This document shows, one piece after another, positions 12,335 to 25,593 of a DNA stretch of 64,000 nt (its first letter is position 1; each line of letters begins with the position of its first letter). The translations under genes were made by a program, and so were the position numbers. The stretch lies in the NCBI GenBank assembly GCA_030390025.1, contig CM059425.1, forward strand, positions 172,858,001 through 172,922,000, in the 5' to 3' direction. The DNA is from Squalus acanthias (Eukaryota). Under the pieces are notes generated by a model, which made no database searches, was not told where the DNA came from, and worked only from the letters and a program-made list of their open reading frames with translations.

Positions 12335-13264
12335 TAGTCTTTCACCATTAAGCTGGGATTTCAGGGTTAGAGTTGCTGGGAGGCTCGGAGAAGTTTTAGC
12401 TGAATGGGCAAGGGAAGCAGCTGAATGGTCTCTATCTTGGTGACAAAGTCCATGAGCATAGAAAAAGGAGCTTGGGGTTATCATTACCCTCCAGGATTAT
12501 CCAAGGAGAGTGGGCAGCATTGGCAAAGGGGAGCGATGCCTGATAGAGCTTGATATGGTGAAGCTAAATATGCCAAAGCATGACTAAACCAGTTGTGTGC
12601 CGTGCACATTCAAATTTTTGCCACTTGGACGTGAGGGAGAAATGTTGGGGGACAACAGCAAGGATGGGAGACAGTTGGTTGAGCAAAACAGTAGGCCTTC
12701 GGGGAATGTTCGCCACCTAAGAGCTGGTATGAGTACCTTTTGGCCCCAACACTTTTGCAGTGAAAAGATAACCAATCCTAGAGGGAAAAAATTTCATTCA
12801 TTTTGACATCTTAGATGCCCTTCGGATCGGAAGAAACATTTTGTAGTCCTCTTCTCTTTTGCTGAGGAAGGGCCTTCTTCTGTGCTGTAAAATTCTATGA
12901 TTCTAGAAGAGCAATAAGACTCATCCCTAGTCTCAGAGGACTGAGTTGTCAGAAAAGATTAGAAAAACTTAAGACGTTTAAGCCTTGAAAGGAGACGAAA
13001 GAGAATTTTATTAAGTATATTTAATACTAACTAGAATACAAATGGTTAATTCAGAACACTATTTCACATTAAACTATGACTGTAGAATAAGCGACCATAG
13101 ATATAAACTAGTAAAAGAACTGCATTGGTTCAAGGAGAAGGCCCACTATCACCTTCTTAGGACAGCTAATGGTGGACAAGAAATGCGGCTTTGCCAGCAC
13201 CATCCATGTTCCAAGAATAAATTATTTAAAGTTCAGGACTGATGGCAAGAATAGCAACAACAGT

Positions 13265-15000
13265 AACATTTATACAGCACCATTAACATAGAAAAACGTC
13301 CCAAGGCGCTTCAGAGGTGTAAGTAAAATGGAAAATGAGGAGGGGTGGTCAAAAGCTTGTTCAAAGAGGAGTCTTAAAGGAGGATAGAAAGATGGAGGAG
13401 CAGAGTTTAGGCAGCTCAAGGCATAGCCACCAATGGTGGGGCAAAGAGAGGGAGAATGCACAAGCCAGAAGCAGAGGATGGAGTGGGCCAGTCCCCCTTT
13501 TCTCGCCTGAAAAGCTTGCACCCAGCAATTGAAAATCTGGGGAGGGAAAGGTACCTTGGCCACCCCATTGACACCCAAGCCCCGCCTGATGAAAAATGAA
13601 ACAGGTGGGAGGCTGTTTGTATGCAAATCAGGGTTCCTACAGTTAGAGTTGTAGGACTCTAATTGCAATTTTCAGGTACAAATGGGCACAATGCACAGCG
13701 TGCATGCTCCACCAGTTGTACTAAGCATTGAGCAGGGACCGCTGGAGGCTCCTTAAAAACAGCCCAGAAAGCTTTCAATTTTTTTTGCTTGTCCCACAAG
13801 GACCAGCATGCCTCCCCCCCCCCCCCCCCCCCCCCCGATGACTTTTCTCCCCCTGGACCAACTTGGTGGCCAGCTCAGCGTAAGAGCTAGCCAATTTCCC
13901 GCCCTCCCAGAACTGTCGAGCTGCAGCAGCTCACTGGTGGCATGCTAATGAGGCCCATGCCTCAAAATGGCTCGGGCTTCACATCGGCATGAACAGGCGG
14001 GCAGAGCGACTGCTCCATCAACTTTGTACCTGTTTTGGACACTACTTGACAATTGCACCTCAAGAGTTTGGGGAGGAAGATTGCAGGGCTGGAGGAGTTA
14101 CAGAGATAGGGAGGTGCAAGGTCATTAAGGAATTTAAACACAGTGAGAAGAGTTTTAAATTTAGGCATTGAGGTACCATGAGCCAATGCTGGTCTGCAAA
14201 GGCAGAGGTGATGAATGAGCATAATTGGTGAAGAATAGGATATGCGCAGCAGAGTTTTGAGCAGCCTGCAGAAGTCCCTTTAAGAACTGCTGGTTAGGCT
14301 GCTCTACGCCAAGTACCATTAGTGGAGCGAACATGATGCATGCTCCTCTCATTGGTATCTGAAAATTGCCTTGAGGTTCTATGTATGTCATGGAAGCTCC
14401 ATTTGCATACCTTATGAGGTGCCCTTCTGAACAGGCCGACTATTTCCAGGACCAGACAAATGGCAAGAGGTAGATCGATAGTGGGAATGGGACAGTAAGT
14501 AGTACACTGCCATTTTTCCTGAAAACAACCCTGTTCCCACCAAAAACGAGGACAAAATTGGCTCCAACGGCTTTGATTTTCCCAATGTTTAACTGGAGGA
14601 AGTTAAGATTCATCTAAGGCTTAAAATTGGACAAGCAGCCTGACAGCAGTGGAGGAATCGAGGGGAATTATGGGTATCATCGATGTACATATATAAGCTG
14701 ATCCCTGGTCTGCAGATGGTGTCACCAAAGGACAACATGTAGATGAAGAGGAAGAGGAGAAGGAGCCAAGGTAGATACCAGGGTCATGGTGTAGGAGCAG
14801 GAAGAGAAGCCAATGCTAGATGATTATGATTTGATAAATAAGAGTGAGACCAAGAGAGAGCAGGTTGACAGAGGAGAGGCGCTGGAGGAGAATGGTGTGG
14901 TCAATTGTGTTGAAGGCTGCAGAGAGGTCGAAGAGGGATAATACACCAGGGTTACAGTCAGAGAATGTTGTTCTTAACTTTATTTAGGGTTATTTCAGTG
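13265..15000 (-). mobile_element. Fragmented L2 LINE 3' half, interrupted by GC-rich non-coding inserts (~13485-14060 and ~14265-14565)
   Basis: L2 tail (ATTTATACAGCACC...AAACGTCCCAAGGCGCTT), KFKTLLTVFKFLNDLAPPYL remnant, and RT remnants at 14570-15000. Confidence 0.6.
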
Positions 15001-16008
15001 ATATGGGGGGTTTTCAAAAAGGGATGATACTTTGTACATTGGTATCTGCCATTCATTTCAGTATCAGGAATTTGTATATGAATGACATCTTTGTGTAATG
15101 TCAAACATAAATGTGGTTTTATTGTTTTGCATCAATAATGGCTGACATGAAAACAGCCAAATAATAAGTTCCATGTATACCTAATCACCCAGTGTGAAAG
15201 GTGTACCTTTAAATTTTTTTAAATCTTCATATATCATTCAATCTGTTGGAGCTATCTATGCATACAGTTAAAGTCTTGTGTCCAGTGTGGTGCTAAGTTT
15301 ATATGAACACAAAGTATAAAATGGGGAAAGGTCAAATCAATTCCACCAATCCCAATTTCCTATCAAAATTTGAAAGAGAAAGGTTCCTTCTAAAAAAAAA
15401 TCCTATGTTTCTATTTAAGACGCTGACTGACCTGTGTATTTCCAGTATTTTATGATTTAATTTAAAATTTTCAGCAATTGCTTTTTTTCTTTTTATCTCA
15501 GTTTTTAATTCAGGTATCTAATTTGCAATTAACACACTTGAATCTTCTTTAAACGCCTCACAAAATAATAGTGCAGTGAATAAAAATATGTAAGCCAACT
15601 GAAATAAGTAGCAAAACAGCTTAAGAAGCCTAATTTAACTGAATATGTCTAATACTATATAATATTGGTGGTTTCTGCTATATACTGCTTTTAAGTAATG
15701 GTGTAGCTATCCTTTTGATAGTAATCGTAACTTATTTCCACTTGAATTTCTGAGGCGTTCTCCTTGATTCCGTGAGGTAACTTTGGCAGCAGATTAGTGG
15801 AACCCCTGGAAAAATGGTATAAACAGCTTTTAAGATGTTTGCACCATTTCTCTGGGTATTCTGCTGATCTCCCACCAGAGAACCCCCCTTAAAATTCCAG
15901 GCAAATGGTCTTTGCATGTATGTAAATGCCTTGATTTTTCTCTTTCTGCTTGTTGAGATTGAGAGTTATACCTTGTTTTCTCATACTATGCATCTCTTTT
16001 CTTAGCAG

Positions 16009-16206
16009 AATGAAGGTAATAAGGCAATGAATTATCCCTCTTTGTTGAGCCACAAAACATGTTCCTACCTGAATCACCCAGTCATTCCAATGGCTGTGAA
16101 CTTAAATGTTGATGGAATTCCTCCACTATTAAGCTTATTCAGTCCTCTCGCTTCATCCATGCCATGTGATATGCACATACTTAACCTGAGAACAATAGAA
16201 GGAAAG
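16009..16206 (+). CDS. MAN2A1: Golgi alpha-mannosidase II, internal coding exon (alternative start 16006 via a TAG-CAG tandem acceptor)
   Basis: cttagcag|NEGNKAMNYPSLLSHKTCSYLNHPVIPM...FSPLASSMPCDMHILNLRTIEGK|gtaagg; 198 nt, phase 0/0. Confidence 0.93.
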
Positions 16207-16328
16207 GTAAGGCCAATATTTTTGGTGTAATTCTAAGCATTGATAAGTTTTGAGTGATAAATCTATTATATATTAAATTTGGTACATGGGGTGCATTTCA
16301 CAGAAAACTAATTTATAAGTACCTGCTG

Positions 16329-18078
16329 CAACAACAACTTGCATTTATATAGCGCCTGTAACATAGGAAAACGTCCCAAGGCGCTTCACAGGAGTATAAA
16401 AAATGAAAGTGAGCCAAAGAAGGAGATATTTGAATGGGTGATCAAAAGTAGCTTTTAAGGAGGGTCTTAAAGGAGGAGAGAGAAGTGGAGATGCGGAAAG
16501 TTTTAGGGAGGAAATTCCAGAGCTTAGGGCCTAGACAGCTGAAGGCATGGATGACAATTGTGGGGTGAAGGGAGTTGGGGAAACACAAGAGGTCAGAATT
16601 CGAGGAACGCCGAGTTCTTGAGGTTGGAGGACTGGAAGAGGTTACAGGAAAGGGGGAGGGGCTTGAAGGGAGGGATTTGAACTCGAGGATGGAAATTTTG
16701 AAATTGAGGTGTTACCAGGAGCCAATGTAGGTCAGTGAGCACAGTGGTGATTGGTCAGTGGAGTTTGGTGTGGGTTGGGATACGGGCAGCAGAGTTTTGG
16801 ATGAACTCATGCTTATGAAGGGTGGAAGATAGGAGGCTGGTCAGGAGAGCATTGTTATAATCAAGTCTGGAGGTAACAAAAGCATGGATGAGGGTTTCAG
16901 CAGCAGATAGACAGAGGCAGGCACAGAGACCGGTGGTGTTACGGGGGTGGAAGTCAGCCGACTTTGTGCTGGAGAGGACGTGGGGTCGGAAGCTCACCTC
17001 AGGGTCAAATAGAATGCCTAGGTTCGAACTGTCTGGTTCAGCCTGACACATTAGCCAAGAGAAGGATGGAATCGGTGACGAGAGAACGGGGTTTATGGCA
17101 GGGGCTGAAGAAAATGGCTTCAGTGTTGCCAATGTTTTTAATTGGAGGAAATTGCAGCACATACAGGACTGGATGTTTGGACAAGCAGCCTGCAAAACAG
17201 AGGCAGTGGCGAGATCATGAGAGATAGTGGTGAGGTAGAGCTGGGTCTCGTCACTGTTCATGTGAAACCTGACGTCGTGTCTTTGGATGATGTTGCCTAG
17301 CGGCAGCATGTAAATATGAAATAAAAGGGGGCCAAGGATAGATCCTTGAGAGAGTCAAGAGGTAACAGGGCGGGAGTGGTAAGAGAAGCCATTTCAGGAG
17401 GTTCTCTGGCTACTGGATAGGTAAGAGTGGACCAGGCGAGGGTAGTCCCACTCAGTAGAGGTTCAAGGAGGATAGTGTGGTCAACCATGTCAAAGGCTGC
17501 AGAGAAGTCAAGAAGGATGAGGAGGGATAGTGCAACACGGTGACAGTCACGGAGGATGTCTTTTGTGACTTTGATTAGGACTATTTCTGTGCTATGGTAG
17601 GGGCTGAAATCTGATTGGAGAGGTTCAAACATGGAGTTGCGGGCAAGATGGGCATTTGGGAGGCGACAATACGTTCAAGGACTTTGGAGATGAAAAGGAG
17701 GTTGGAGATGGGGGAGTAGTTTGCAACGACCGAGGAGTCGAGATTATTTTTTGAAGGAAGGAGAGAGACAGTACCTGAGGAGAGGGAACCGTTTGCAATG
17801 TCAGCTAGCCTGGGAACCAGGAAGGGAATTTGGGTGGTAAGCGCTTTAGTGGGAATAGGAACGAGAGAGCAGGAGGTGGGTCTAATGGACAAGACGAGCT
17901 TGGAAAGGGCAAATGAAGAGAAAAGAGAGAAATTAGAGAAAGATGCTAGTTCGGGACCAGGGTAAAGGGGAGCCTTTGGGGTATTTTGGCTTTGTGGGCA
18001 AGGGGAAGAAAGTGATGCGGCAGTAACAGCTGAACGGATGATCTAAATCTTAATGATAAAGAAGTCCCTGTACTCCTT
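16329..18078 (-). mobile_element. L2 LINE, 3' half (RT domain), degraded
   Basis: ORFs with LILLDFSAAFDMVDH and [18 protein letters not shown]2 tail AACAACAACTTGCATTTATATAGCGCC at 16330. Confidence 0.88.
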
Positions 18079-18264
18079 GCTCAACCACTCTCTCACCTCT
18101 GCCTTTGATGCTCTTGCCCCCAGTAAACCCCTTACTTGTCTCCCACCCTGGTCCTTCTCATCTTTGCTCTCCTAAGTCCAAGAGGCCTAGTTTATGTTGC
18201 ACCACAGGTTTATCCATTCATCACCATATCAAGCACTATCAGGCCCTGCTCCCCTCACCAAAAC

Positions 18265-19695
18265 TACTCCAGAACTAGCCGCGCCTCCAGCCAAGCTGTT
18301 CCGGTACAGCTACAACACTGGCATCTACCCAACAATGTAGAAAACTGCCCAGGTATGTCCTGTCCACAAAAAGCAGGACAAATCCAATCCGGCCAGTTAC
18401 CACCCCAGCAGTCTACTCTCAATCATCAGCAAAGTAATGGAAGGTGTCATCGACAGTGCTATCAAGCGCCACTGACTTACCAATAATCTGCTCACCAATG
18501 CTCAATTTGGGTTCTGCCAGGACCACCCGGCTCCAGACCTCATTACAGCCTTGGTCCAAACATGGACAAAAGAGCTGAATTCCAGAGGTGAGGTGAGCGT
18601 GACTGCCTTTGATATCAAGGCAGCATTTGACCGAGTGTGGCATCAAGGAGCCTTAGTAAAATTGAAGTCAATGGGAATCAGGGGGAAAACTCTCTACTGG
18701 CTGGAGTCATACCTAGCACAAAGGAAGGTGGTTGTTGGAGACCAATCATCACATCCCCAAGTCATCACTGCAGGAGTTTCTCAGAGCAGTGTCCCAGGCC
18801 CAACCACCTTCAGCTGCTTCATCAGTGACCTTCTCGCCATCATAAGGTCAGAAGTGGGGATGTTCGCTGATGATTGCACAGTGTTCAGTTCCATTCGCAA
18901 CTCCTCAGATAATGAAGCAGTCCATGCCCGCATGCAGCAAGACCTGGACAACATTCAGGCTTGGGCTGATAAGTGGCAAATAACATTCGCACCACAGAAG
19001 CGCCAGGCAATGACTATCTCCAACAAGAGAGAGTCTAACCACCTCCCCTTGACATTCAATGGCATTACCATTGCCTAATCCCCCACCATCAACATCCTGG
19101 GATCACCATTGACCAGAAACTTAACTGGTCCAGCCAGGCTGGGTATTCTGCAGCGAGTGTCTCACCACCTGACTCCCCAAAGCCTTTCCACCATCTACAA
19201 GGCACAAGTCAGGAGTGTGATGGAAAACTTTCCACTTGCCTGGATGAGTGCAGCTCCAACAACACTCAAGAAGCTCAACACCATCCAGGACAAAGCAGCC
19301 CACTTAATTGGCACCCCATCCACCAACTTAAACATTCACTCCCTGCACCACTGGCGCACTGTGGCTGCAGTGTGTACCATCTACAAGATGCACTGCAGCA
19401 ACTCGCCAAGGCTTCTTCCACCTAGAAGGACAAGGGCGGCAGGCGCATGGGAACACCATCACCTCCAAGTCACACACCAAACTGACTTGGAAATATATCG
19501 CTGTGCCTTCATCGTCGCTGGGTCAAAATCCTGGAACTCCCTCCCTAACAGCACATTGGGAGTACCTTCACCACAAGGGCTGCAGTGGTTCAAGAAGGCG
19601 GTTCACCACCACCTTCTCTAGGGCAGTTAGGGATGGGCAATAAATGCTGGCCTTGCCAGCAACGCGCACATCCCAGGAACGAACTAAAAAAAAAA
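18265..19695 (+). mobile_element. Non-LTR retrotransposon (CR1/L2 group, poly(A)-tailed family), 5'-truncated
   Basis: RT motifs DIKAAFDRVWH and MFADD; 3' end GGGCAATAAATGCTGGCC...A-tail. Same family as 25594-28558. Confidence 0.88.
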
Positions 19696-19958
19696 CACAG
19701 TCTAAACTGAGACGTCAGTGCAGTACTGATGGAGGACTCTACTGTTAAAGGTGGCGTTTTTCTGATGAGATGTTAAACAGAGGCCCTGCATGCTCTCCTT
19801 GTTGGATGTAAAAGATCCCATCACACTTGTCAAAGAAAAGCAGGGAGTTCTCCCATTGTGCTGGCCAATATTTATCCCTCAGCTAACATCACTAAAACAG
19901 ACTATCTGGTCATTTATCTCATTGCTGTTTGTGGGACCTTGCTGTGTTTAAACTGGGT

Positions 19959-20174
19959 CATGATGCGGAGATGCCGGTGTTGGACTGGGGTGGACAAAAT
20001 TGAGAGGTCGCGCAACACCAGGTTATAGTCCAACAGTTTTATTTGAAATCACAAGCTTTCGGAGCTATCGATTGCCCCTTCCTTCACCTGAGGAAGGGGC
20101 AATCGATAGCTCCGAAAGCTTGTGATTTCAAATAAAACTGTTGGACTATAACCTGGTGTTGTGCGACCTCTCAA
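19959..20174. mobile_element. Fold-back (palindromic) Penelope-type tail insertion
   Basis: 87-bp arms (19997-20083 / 20091-20177, one G:T mismatch), 7-nt loop, and 12-bp TSD TTTAAACTGGGT (19947-19958, 20175-20186). Confidence 0.85.
20084..20125 (+). ncRNA. Minimal hammerhead ribozyme motif (PLE type)
   Basis: TCAC-CTGAGGA-A-GGGGC/AATCGATA/GCTCC-GAAA-GC-TT-GTGA: core boxes, stem II, TCAC/GTGA stem I, palindromic AAGCTT. Confidence 0.72.
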
Positions 20175-22698
20175 TTTAAACTGGGTGCCATATTTCCCTA
20201 CATTACAACAGTGGCTACACTGCAAAAGTACTTAATTAACTGTAAAGCGTGTTGGGAAGTCCTGCGGTGAAAGGCACTACATCAGTGTAGGTCAGTTCGT
20301 TCTTTCTTTCTAAAAGATATAGGAAGGGAGGAGAGGAGGGAAATTGGTTACGGGTGAGGGGGACTGTGGCTTCTCACCACCTTCCATTGGGGAGCGAGCA
20401 GGAGTGGATGAGTGGTTCAGGATGAGGTGAATGACAGCGGAGCAAGGGGGAGGGGAGGATACAGTAGTTGAGTGGGTAGTTCAAAGAGGAAGAGGTAGGT
20501 GCAGTGACGGGAGTGAGGGGTTGAAGGAAGGGGAATGGGTAGTGGGAAGGGTAAGGGAAGTGAGGGATTTGAAGAAATATGAGTGATTTCACTGCCACAC
20601 ACGCCATACCACCTCCCACCTGAAAGGAATGAAAAATACAGAGAAGCAGATGATGATAAAAGAAAGAAGCTAAAGAGAGAAAAAGAGAGACAGAAGTACT
20701 GTAGAAGAGGAGAATCAGAGAAACAGCAACATGTAGACTGAAAAATAGATAAGAAAGCAACCATATTCTCCAACTTGCCACGTGCAACACCACAAAAGAT
20801 TGACTCGTAATTTTATAAACATATTGAGATTGATGGCATCCAAGTGAGTGATTATAAATAGCACAAAGCACAATTTAGTGAAATCATGAAAGCACAGCTG
20901 CAAATATTGAGCAAACAATGGAATTCCATTATTTGTAATAGATCAGTACAAAGAAAATAATTGCAATCAGGGTACCAACTTGATAAATTCCATATATATC
21001 ACATTTACAGAAATTTTCACGGACTGAGACTGCATATAAGTTAATGTAACTATTTCCCAATTATTTTCTCCCCTAATTCATTCACTGTATCAGTTTGTAC
21101 TGCTAATACAATAAAGAACATGAAGTTGTAATTAAAAAAAAAACGTGATTAATGGACAGAAAACAGTGCCATTTGTGATGAAGCTGCTTGAACGATCCCC
21201 ACTAATATTAACTTCTGTTGCAAGTCCCATATCTGAGTATAGCTTGTACTGTTGTAGCTATGTCCCTAAGAATGAATGTTTTATTCTCAAAGCAGGTTAC
21301 AGAAGATTGTTATACCTTCGGCCACCACCCTGTTGGTCATGTCACCGACCCTATTGTTATCATTGTTATCTCATAGGCTCTTGACTCAGGTACAGGTAGT
21401 GATAGACTTCTGAATAACTTCAGTCACCTGAGGTAAGGGGCATGTAGCTATGATTGAGTTTTGTGAGACAAGCAGCTGTTTTGCAGAAATCCAAATAAAA
21501 TTTCCACTTTCTCAGAGGAGGAGGATTCCTTAAGCCTCAGCAGATAGACCATCATATTTCAAAAGGAGCCTCGGCCTTTGCCCTTATCCAACAGGTATGA
21601 GGTTCTTGCTGCCTGTGTGGATGAGGGCAAAGTCTGCAGGGTGAATGAGCAAACTGACCACGGTACGATGGTACAGGAAGCCATTCAAGTGGGGGGAGTG
21701 AAAAGGAATGTTGTAGTGGTAGGAGACAGTATAGTCGGGGGATAGATACTGTTCTCTGCAGCCGCAACCGGGAGTTCCGAAGGCTGTGTTGCCTGCCTGG
21801 TGCCAGGGTTAAGGATATCTCCTCGCGGCTGGAGAAGAACTTGGAGTGGGAAGGGGAGGATCCAGTTGTCGTGGTCCACGTAGGAACCAACGACATAGGT
21901 AAAACTAGGAATGAGGTTCTACTGAGAGAGTTTAAGGAGCTAGGGTCCAAATTAAAACGCAGAACTTCAAAGGTAATATTCTCTGGATTGTTAGCTGAGC
22001 CACGCGCAAATTAGCATAGGGACAAGGAGATCAGAGCGTTAAATGTGTTGCACAAAGAGTGGTGTGGGAGGAAGGGGTTTCGATTCAAGGGGCACTGGCA
22101 CCAGTACCAGGGACAGAGGGAGTTATTCCGTTGGGACGGGCTCCACTTAAACCGGGCTGGTTAGAGCTTTAAACTAAAAAAAGGGGGTGGGGGGGGTCAG
22201 GTATGGGGATATTTAGAAATCTAAAGGGAAAAGTAAAGGCAATGGAGCAGTGTAGCGATTTGAGTAAAGATAAGCAGAGTATGACAGGAAGGGACAGAGA
22301 GTTTAATAGTAATACTGCATCTGCAAAAAAGGTGAAAGCAGGGAATAATGGTAAAAAGTTCAAATTAAAGGCGCTTTATATGAATGCACGAAGCATTCGT
22401 AACAAGATAGATGAATTAGTGGCACAAATAGAGATAAATGGGTTTGATCTAATAGCCATTACAGAGACGTGGTTGCAAGGCGACCAAGGTTGGGAACTAA
22501 ATATTCCAGGATACTAGACGTTTCGAAAAGACAGGCAGAATGGAAAAGGACGGGGACTAGCCCTGATAATAAAGGATGACAACCAACCAGGCTATTTTAG
22601 GTCTTGTATTGTGTAATGAGACAGGGTTAATTAGTAATCTCATAGTAAAGGATCTGCTGGGGAAGAGTGAAATACTTAAGTCCGAAGCTAGAGTCTTA

Positions 22699-23520
22699 GG
22701 GCTGGATTTTACCTGCCGAGATGAGTTGGGGGCGGGACTGCTGCCTTCCGGGTTCTAGTCCCGCCCCCCGCAACGTCCGACGCACAGATGCTATTTTCCC
22801 CTGATTGGCCTTGTTAAGCCCGCCCTGCGGGCTTGCTGGCCAATTAAGGGAAAGCCGGTGTCAGATGACGTCAGTTGATGACGCTTCATCTGCCGGTTTT
22901 CTTCAAGGGACATGAACCATTTATTTTTGACAGATGATTTGACAGTGTTTGTCAGCATTGAGGTGCTGTCAAACACTGACAATCACTGTACAAAGGTGAG
23001 CCCTTTCACCCAGGCTCTCCAATGACTCCTTAGGATAAAACAGATGGCAGCTGCAGGTGAGGTTACAGAAGCAATCTGTCACTTCTCCCAATGAGGTGAG
23101 GCCACACAAACACTTCAAAGCTTGTCACCTACAGAAAAATCTAAACACATTAAAAATGACTTTCCCAACATTTCCTTACCTCTGATACTCACCAGTGTCC
23201 CATTGCATCCTTCACACCACTTCTGCAGCTGTCATCTATACACAAACATTACAACAGACCCACAGCACGCCTCACTTACCCAGGCGGGGTTTCCCGACGT
23301 CGGGAAGCCCGCAACGGAAGTCTCAAAATGGCAGTTAAGTGGCTATCATTCTCTTCCCGCCGCGAGGAGTTGGGTCCCTGCGCAAATCGGGGACCCAACT
23401 CCCGGAAAGATTGGTTGGAGGCGGGTTGGGAGCGGGTTCGGGACCCGCTCCCATTCTTTTTGATTTTCCCAGCAGTCCTGCCTCCAAACCCGCCTCCTCA
23501 GGGCTGGTAAAATCCAGCCC
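22699..23520. mobile_element. Non-autonomous PIF/Harbinger element inserted in CR1 ORF2
   Basis: TIRs GGGCTGGATTTTACC / GGTAAAATCCAGCCC; flanks TTA/TTG (TSD with one change). Confidence 0.85.
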
Positions 23521-25593
23521 TTGGACTTAAATAAAGCCAATTATTTAGGTATGAGTGTCCAGTTGGCTAAGGTAGATTGGAAAATTAGATTAAAATGTAT
23601 GACGGTACATAAGCAGTGGCAAATATTTAAAGAAATATTCCAAAATTCTCAACAAGTATGCATTCCATTGAGAAATAAAATCTCCACGGGAAAAGTGATC
23701 CATCCGTGGCTAACTAAAGAAGTTATGGATAGTATTAGATTAAAAGAAGAGGCTTATAATGTTGCGAAGAATAGTAGTAAGCCTGAGGGTTGGGAGAGCT
23801 TTAGAAACCAGCAAAGGATAACCAAAAAATTAATAAAAAGAGAAACAATAGAATATGAGAGTAAACTAGCAAGAAATATAAAAACAGACTGTAAGAGCTT
23901 CTACAAGTATGCAAAAAGGAAGAGAGCAACAAAAGTAAGCATTGGTCCCTTAGAGGCTGAGACAGGAGAAATTATAATGGGGAATAAGGAAATGGCAGAG
24001 TCTTTAAACAAATATTTTGTATCTCGCTTCACAGTAGAAGACACAAAAAGCATACCAAAAATAGTGGGGAACCAAAGGGCTAAGGAGAGTGCGGAACTTA
24101 AAGTAATTAAGATCAGCAGAGAAAAAGTACTTGGGAAACTAATGGGACAGAAAGCCGACAAATCCCCTGGACCTGATGGTGTACCTCCGAGGGTTCTAAA
24201 AGAGGTGGCTGTAGAGATAGTGGATTCATTGGTTGTAATCTTTCAAAATTCCCTAGATTCTAGAATGTTCCCAGTAGATTGGAAGGTAGCAAATGTATTC
24301 AAGAAAAAAGGGGGAGAGAAAACAGGGAACTACAGGCCAGTTAGCCTGACATCAGTTGTCGGGAAAATGCTGAAATCCATTATTAAGGAAGTGGTAACGG
24401 CACTTAGAAAATCACAATATGATTCGAAAGAGTCAACATGGTTTTATGAAAGGGAAACCGTGTTTAACAAATTTATTAGAGCTTTCTGAGGATGTAACTA
24501 GCAGGGTAGATAAAGGGGAACCAGTGGATGTAGTATATTTGGATTTCCAAAAGGTATTCGATAAAGTGCCACATAAAAGGTTGCTATGCAAGTTAAGGGC
24601 TCATGGGGTTAGTGGTAATATATTAGCAAGGATAGAGGATTGGTTAACAGACAGAAAGGAGAGAGTGGGGATAAACGGATCATTTTACAGTTGGCAGGCT
24701 GTAACTAGTGGGGTGCCGCAAGGATCAGTGCTTGGGCCTCAGCTATTTATAATCTATATTCATGACTTAAATGAAGGGACTGACTGTAATGTATCCAAGT
24801 TTACTGACGATACAAAGCTAGGTGGGACAGTAAGCTGTGAGGAGGACACACAGAACCTGCAAAGGGATATAGACAGGTTAAGTGAGTGGGCAATAAGGTG
24901 GCAGATGGAATATAATGTGGGGAAATGTGAGGTTATTCACTTTGGTAGGAAGAATAGAAAAACAATACTTTTTAAATGATAAACTATTAAATGTTGGTGT
25001 TCAGAGAGATTTTGGTGTCCTCGTGCAAGAAACACAGAGACTTAGCATGCAGGTACAGCAAGCAATTAGGAAGGCAAATGGCATGTTGGCCTTTATTGCA
25101 GGGGGTTGGAGTACAAGAGTAAGGAAGTCTTGCTACAATTGTACAGGGCCTTGATGAGACCACACCTGGAGTACTGTGCACAGTTTTGGTCTCCTTATCT
25201 GAGGAAGTATATATTTGCCTTAGAGGCGGTGCAACGAAGGTTCACTAGCTTGATTCCAGGGATCAGAGGGTTGTATTGAGGAGAGATTGAGTAGATTGGG
25301 CCTATACTCTCTGGAGTTTAGAAGAATGAGAGGTGATCTCATTGAAACATATGAGGTTCTGAGGGGGATTGACAGGGTAGATGCTGAGATTTTTTTCCCC
25401 TGGCTGGAGAGTCTAGAACAAGGGGGCATAGTCTCAGGATAAGGGGTCGGCCATTTAAGACTGAGATGGGGAGGAATTTCTTTACTCAGAGGGTTGTGAC
25501 TCTTTGGAATTCTCTACCCCAAACAGCTGTGGGTGCTGGATTGCTGAGATAGATAGATTTTTGGACTTGAGGGGAATCAAGGCATATGAAGAT

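Larger units (their letters stand above)
19700..20310 (+). mobile_element. DeuSINE, 5'-truncated, split by the palindromic insertion at 19959-20174
   Basis: Deu-domain sequence is continuous once the insertion and one TSD copy are removed. Confidence 0.85.

Noticed and set aside
13813..13836. Poly-C run (also ~62620-62654) and G-rich tract at ~2610-2642 as functional G-quadruplexes
   Set aside because: Simple homopolymer expansions, mostly inside TE remnants; length is error-prone and there is no evidence of function.
20310..20870. ORFs 20374-20871 and 20417-20773
   Set aside because: Antisense translation of GA-rich low-complexity sequence; no recognisable domain or splice context.
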